Source: Candidatus Thorarchaeota archaeon (GTDB lineage: Archaea > Asgardarchaeota > Thorarchaeia > Thorarchaeales > Thorarchaeaceae). Taken from it: a stretch of DNA of 6,441 bases. A program made the position numbers and the translations under genes. The stretch lies in contig PRDJ01000059.1 in the NCBI GenBank assembly GCA_003345555.1, positions 1 through 6,441 on the forward strand. Reading direction: 5' to 3'. The notes beneath the pieces were generated by a model. The model did not search any database, was not told where the DNA came from, and worked only from the letters and a program-made list of their open reading frames with translations. Shown here piece by piece: positions 5,353-6,441 of the stretch; position 1 is the first letter of the stretch; each line of letters opens with the position of its first letter.

Positions 5353-5377
5353 GTATGTATGGGGACATCATACATAC
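5353..5377. repeat. Perfect 9-bp inverted repeat upstream of tfb
   Basis: GTATGTATG (5353-5361), loop GGGACAT, CATACATAC (5369-5377). Confidence 0.6.
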
Positions 5378-5403
5378 CGTCTGAATTCGAGAGAGAACGG
5401 AGA

Positions 5404-5409
5404 GAGGTG
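5404..5409 (+). promoter_or_regulatory. Shine-Dalgarno site of tfb
   Basis: GAGGTG ending 7 nt before the ATG at 5417. Confidence 0.7.
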
Positions 5410-5416
5410 TAACATC

Positions 5417-6379
5417 ATGGCCACCAAACCAAGCGCACCAAAAAAGCAGGGAAACCATGCGCATGCTAATTCGGGCTTCACGTGTCCAGAGTGCGGGGGA
5501 CACGAGGTAGTCCAGGACATTGAGAAAGGGGAGAGAATCTGTGCCAGCTGCGGACTGGTCGTAAGCGAGCACCGCATCGACACAGGTCCAGAATGGAGAG
5601 CTTTCACATCGGAGGAGAAAGACTCTCGATCAAGAGCAGGGGCTCCAACCAACTACTCTATTCATGACAAGGGTCTCTCGACGATGATTGACTGGCGAGA
5701 TCATGACTCTCAGGGTAAGCGGTTCACGGCAAAGAAGCGTTCCGAAATCTACAGGCTTCGTAAGTGGCAAATCAGAACCAGGGTTCACAGTTCTGTCGAC
5801 AGGAACCTAGCTCAAGCTATGTCGGAACTGGACAGGCTCTCATCTCAGCTAGGACTAACCAAGGGTATCAAGGAACTTGCAGCACTGCTCTATAGGAAGC
5901 TTATCGTCAAGAGACTTGCACGCAGCAGGTCCATAGATGCCATGGTTGGCGCTTCGATCTACGCTGCATGCAGACTCAGAATGGCTCCTCGATCCCTTGA
6001 GGAAATAGCAAGGTACTCACGAGTCAGCAAGAAGAAGATAGGCCAGCACTACAGACTGCTCGTTGAGAAGCTCAAGCTGAAGATGCCCATATCAGACCCA
6101 GCTAACTACGTGCCCAGATTCATGACCGACCTCAGCCTGCCAGGACATGTCCAACAGAAGGTCTTGGAAATCCTGGAACAGGCAAAAAACAACAAGAGCC
6201 TTGTGACCGGCCGTGATCCAAGAGGACTCGCAGCTGCAGCAATCTACATTGCCTCGATTCTGATGGACCACCGTGTGACACAGCGCGATATCGCCATGGC
6301 AGCAGGCGTAACTGAGGTTACAGTAAGAAATCGCTACAAAGAACTCGTCCAGAAACTTAGCATAACAATGGCACCGTGA
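5417..6379 (+). CDS. tfb: Archaeal transcription initiation factor IIB (TFB), 320 aa
   Basis: Zn ribbon CPECG...CASCG, B-reader IDTGPEWRAF, B-linker RLRKWQIR, two cyclin repeats, and the C-terminal BRE-binding HTH TQRDIAMAAGVTEVTVRNRYKEL. Confidence 0.98.
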   Translation: MATKPSAPKKQGNHAHANSGFTCPECGGHEVVQDIEKGERICASCGLVVSEHRIDTGPEWRAFTSEEKDSRSRAGAPTNYSIHDKGLSTMIDWRDHDSQGKRFTAKKRSEIYRLRKWQIRTRVHSSVDRNLAQAMSELDRLSSQLGLTKGIKELAALLYRKLIVKRLARSRSIDAMVGASIYAACRLRMAPRSLEEIARYSRVSKKKIGQHYRLLVEKLKLKMPISDPANYVPRFMTDLSLPGHVQQKVLEILEQAKNNKSLVTGRDPRGLAAAAIYIASILMDHRVTQRDIAMAAGVTEVTVRNRYKELVQKLSITMAP

Positions 6380-6410
6380 CCAAACTGAGAGGAAGAGTTA
6401 CAATTAAGAG

Positions 6411-6430
6411 TGAGGGCACCCGGACCCTCA
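6411..6430. other. Short hairpin downstream of tfb
   Basis: TGAGGG (6411-6416), loop CACCCGGA, CCCTCA (6425-6430). It lies at the window edge and its function is unclear. Confidence 0.25.
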
Positions 6431-6441
6431 GGGCAATCCGG

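Noticed and set aside
4932-5375. 147-aa minus-strand ORF ending 4 nt before larA (and 5267..5572, 5368..5652, 4906..5145)
   Set aside because: It runs across three TATA boxes and a pyrimidine tract with no protein-like motifs. The others are antisense to or overlap tfb/larA.
6401-6441. Possible start of an RNA gene or terminator after tfb (alternative hairpins, CAATTAAG box)
   Set aside because: Truncated by the window edge, with no U-tract or family-specific motif to support a call.

Overview
Archaeal chromosomal window, roughly 50% GC, with archaeal TFB and TATA/BRE-like promoters. An Asgard/Thorarchaeota-like origin is only my impression and cannot be shown from the sequence. Gene order: a truncated 3-TM membrane protein (-, absent from the ORF track), a ~170-nt rod-like self-complementary intergenic segment, a tRNA-Cys(GCA) with encoded CCA (-, hidden under spurious ORFs), a small probable winged-helix protein (+), a TPR protein (-), cysteinyl-tRNA synthetase cysS (+), a LarA-family nickel-pincer racemase/epimerase (-), a ~490-nt divergent control region with stacked TATA boxes and hairpins, and transcription factor B (+). 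The most notable item is the tRNA-Cys. Its stems and Cys identity elements are intact, but the normally invariant elbow is rewritten (no D-loop GG, GUGC instead of GUUC/TPsiC, U15-G48), and it lies about 1.3 kb from cysS.
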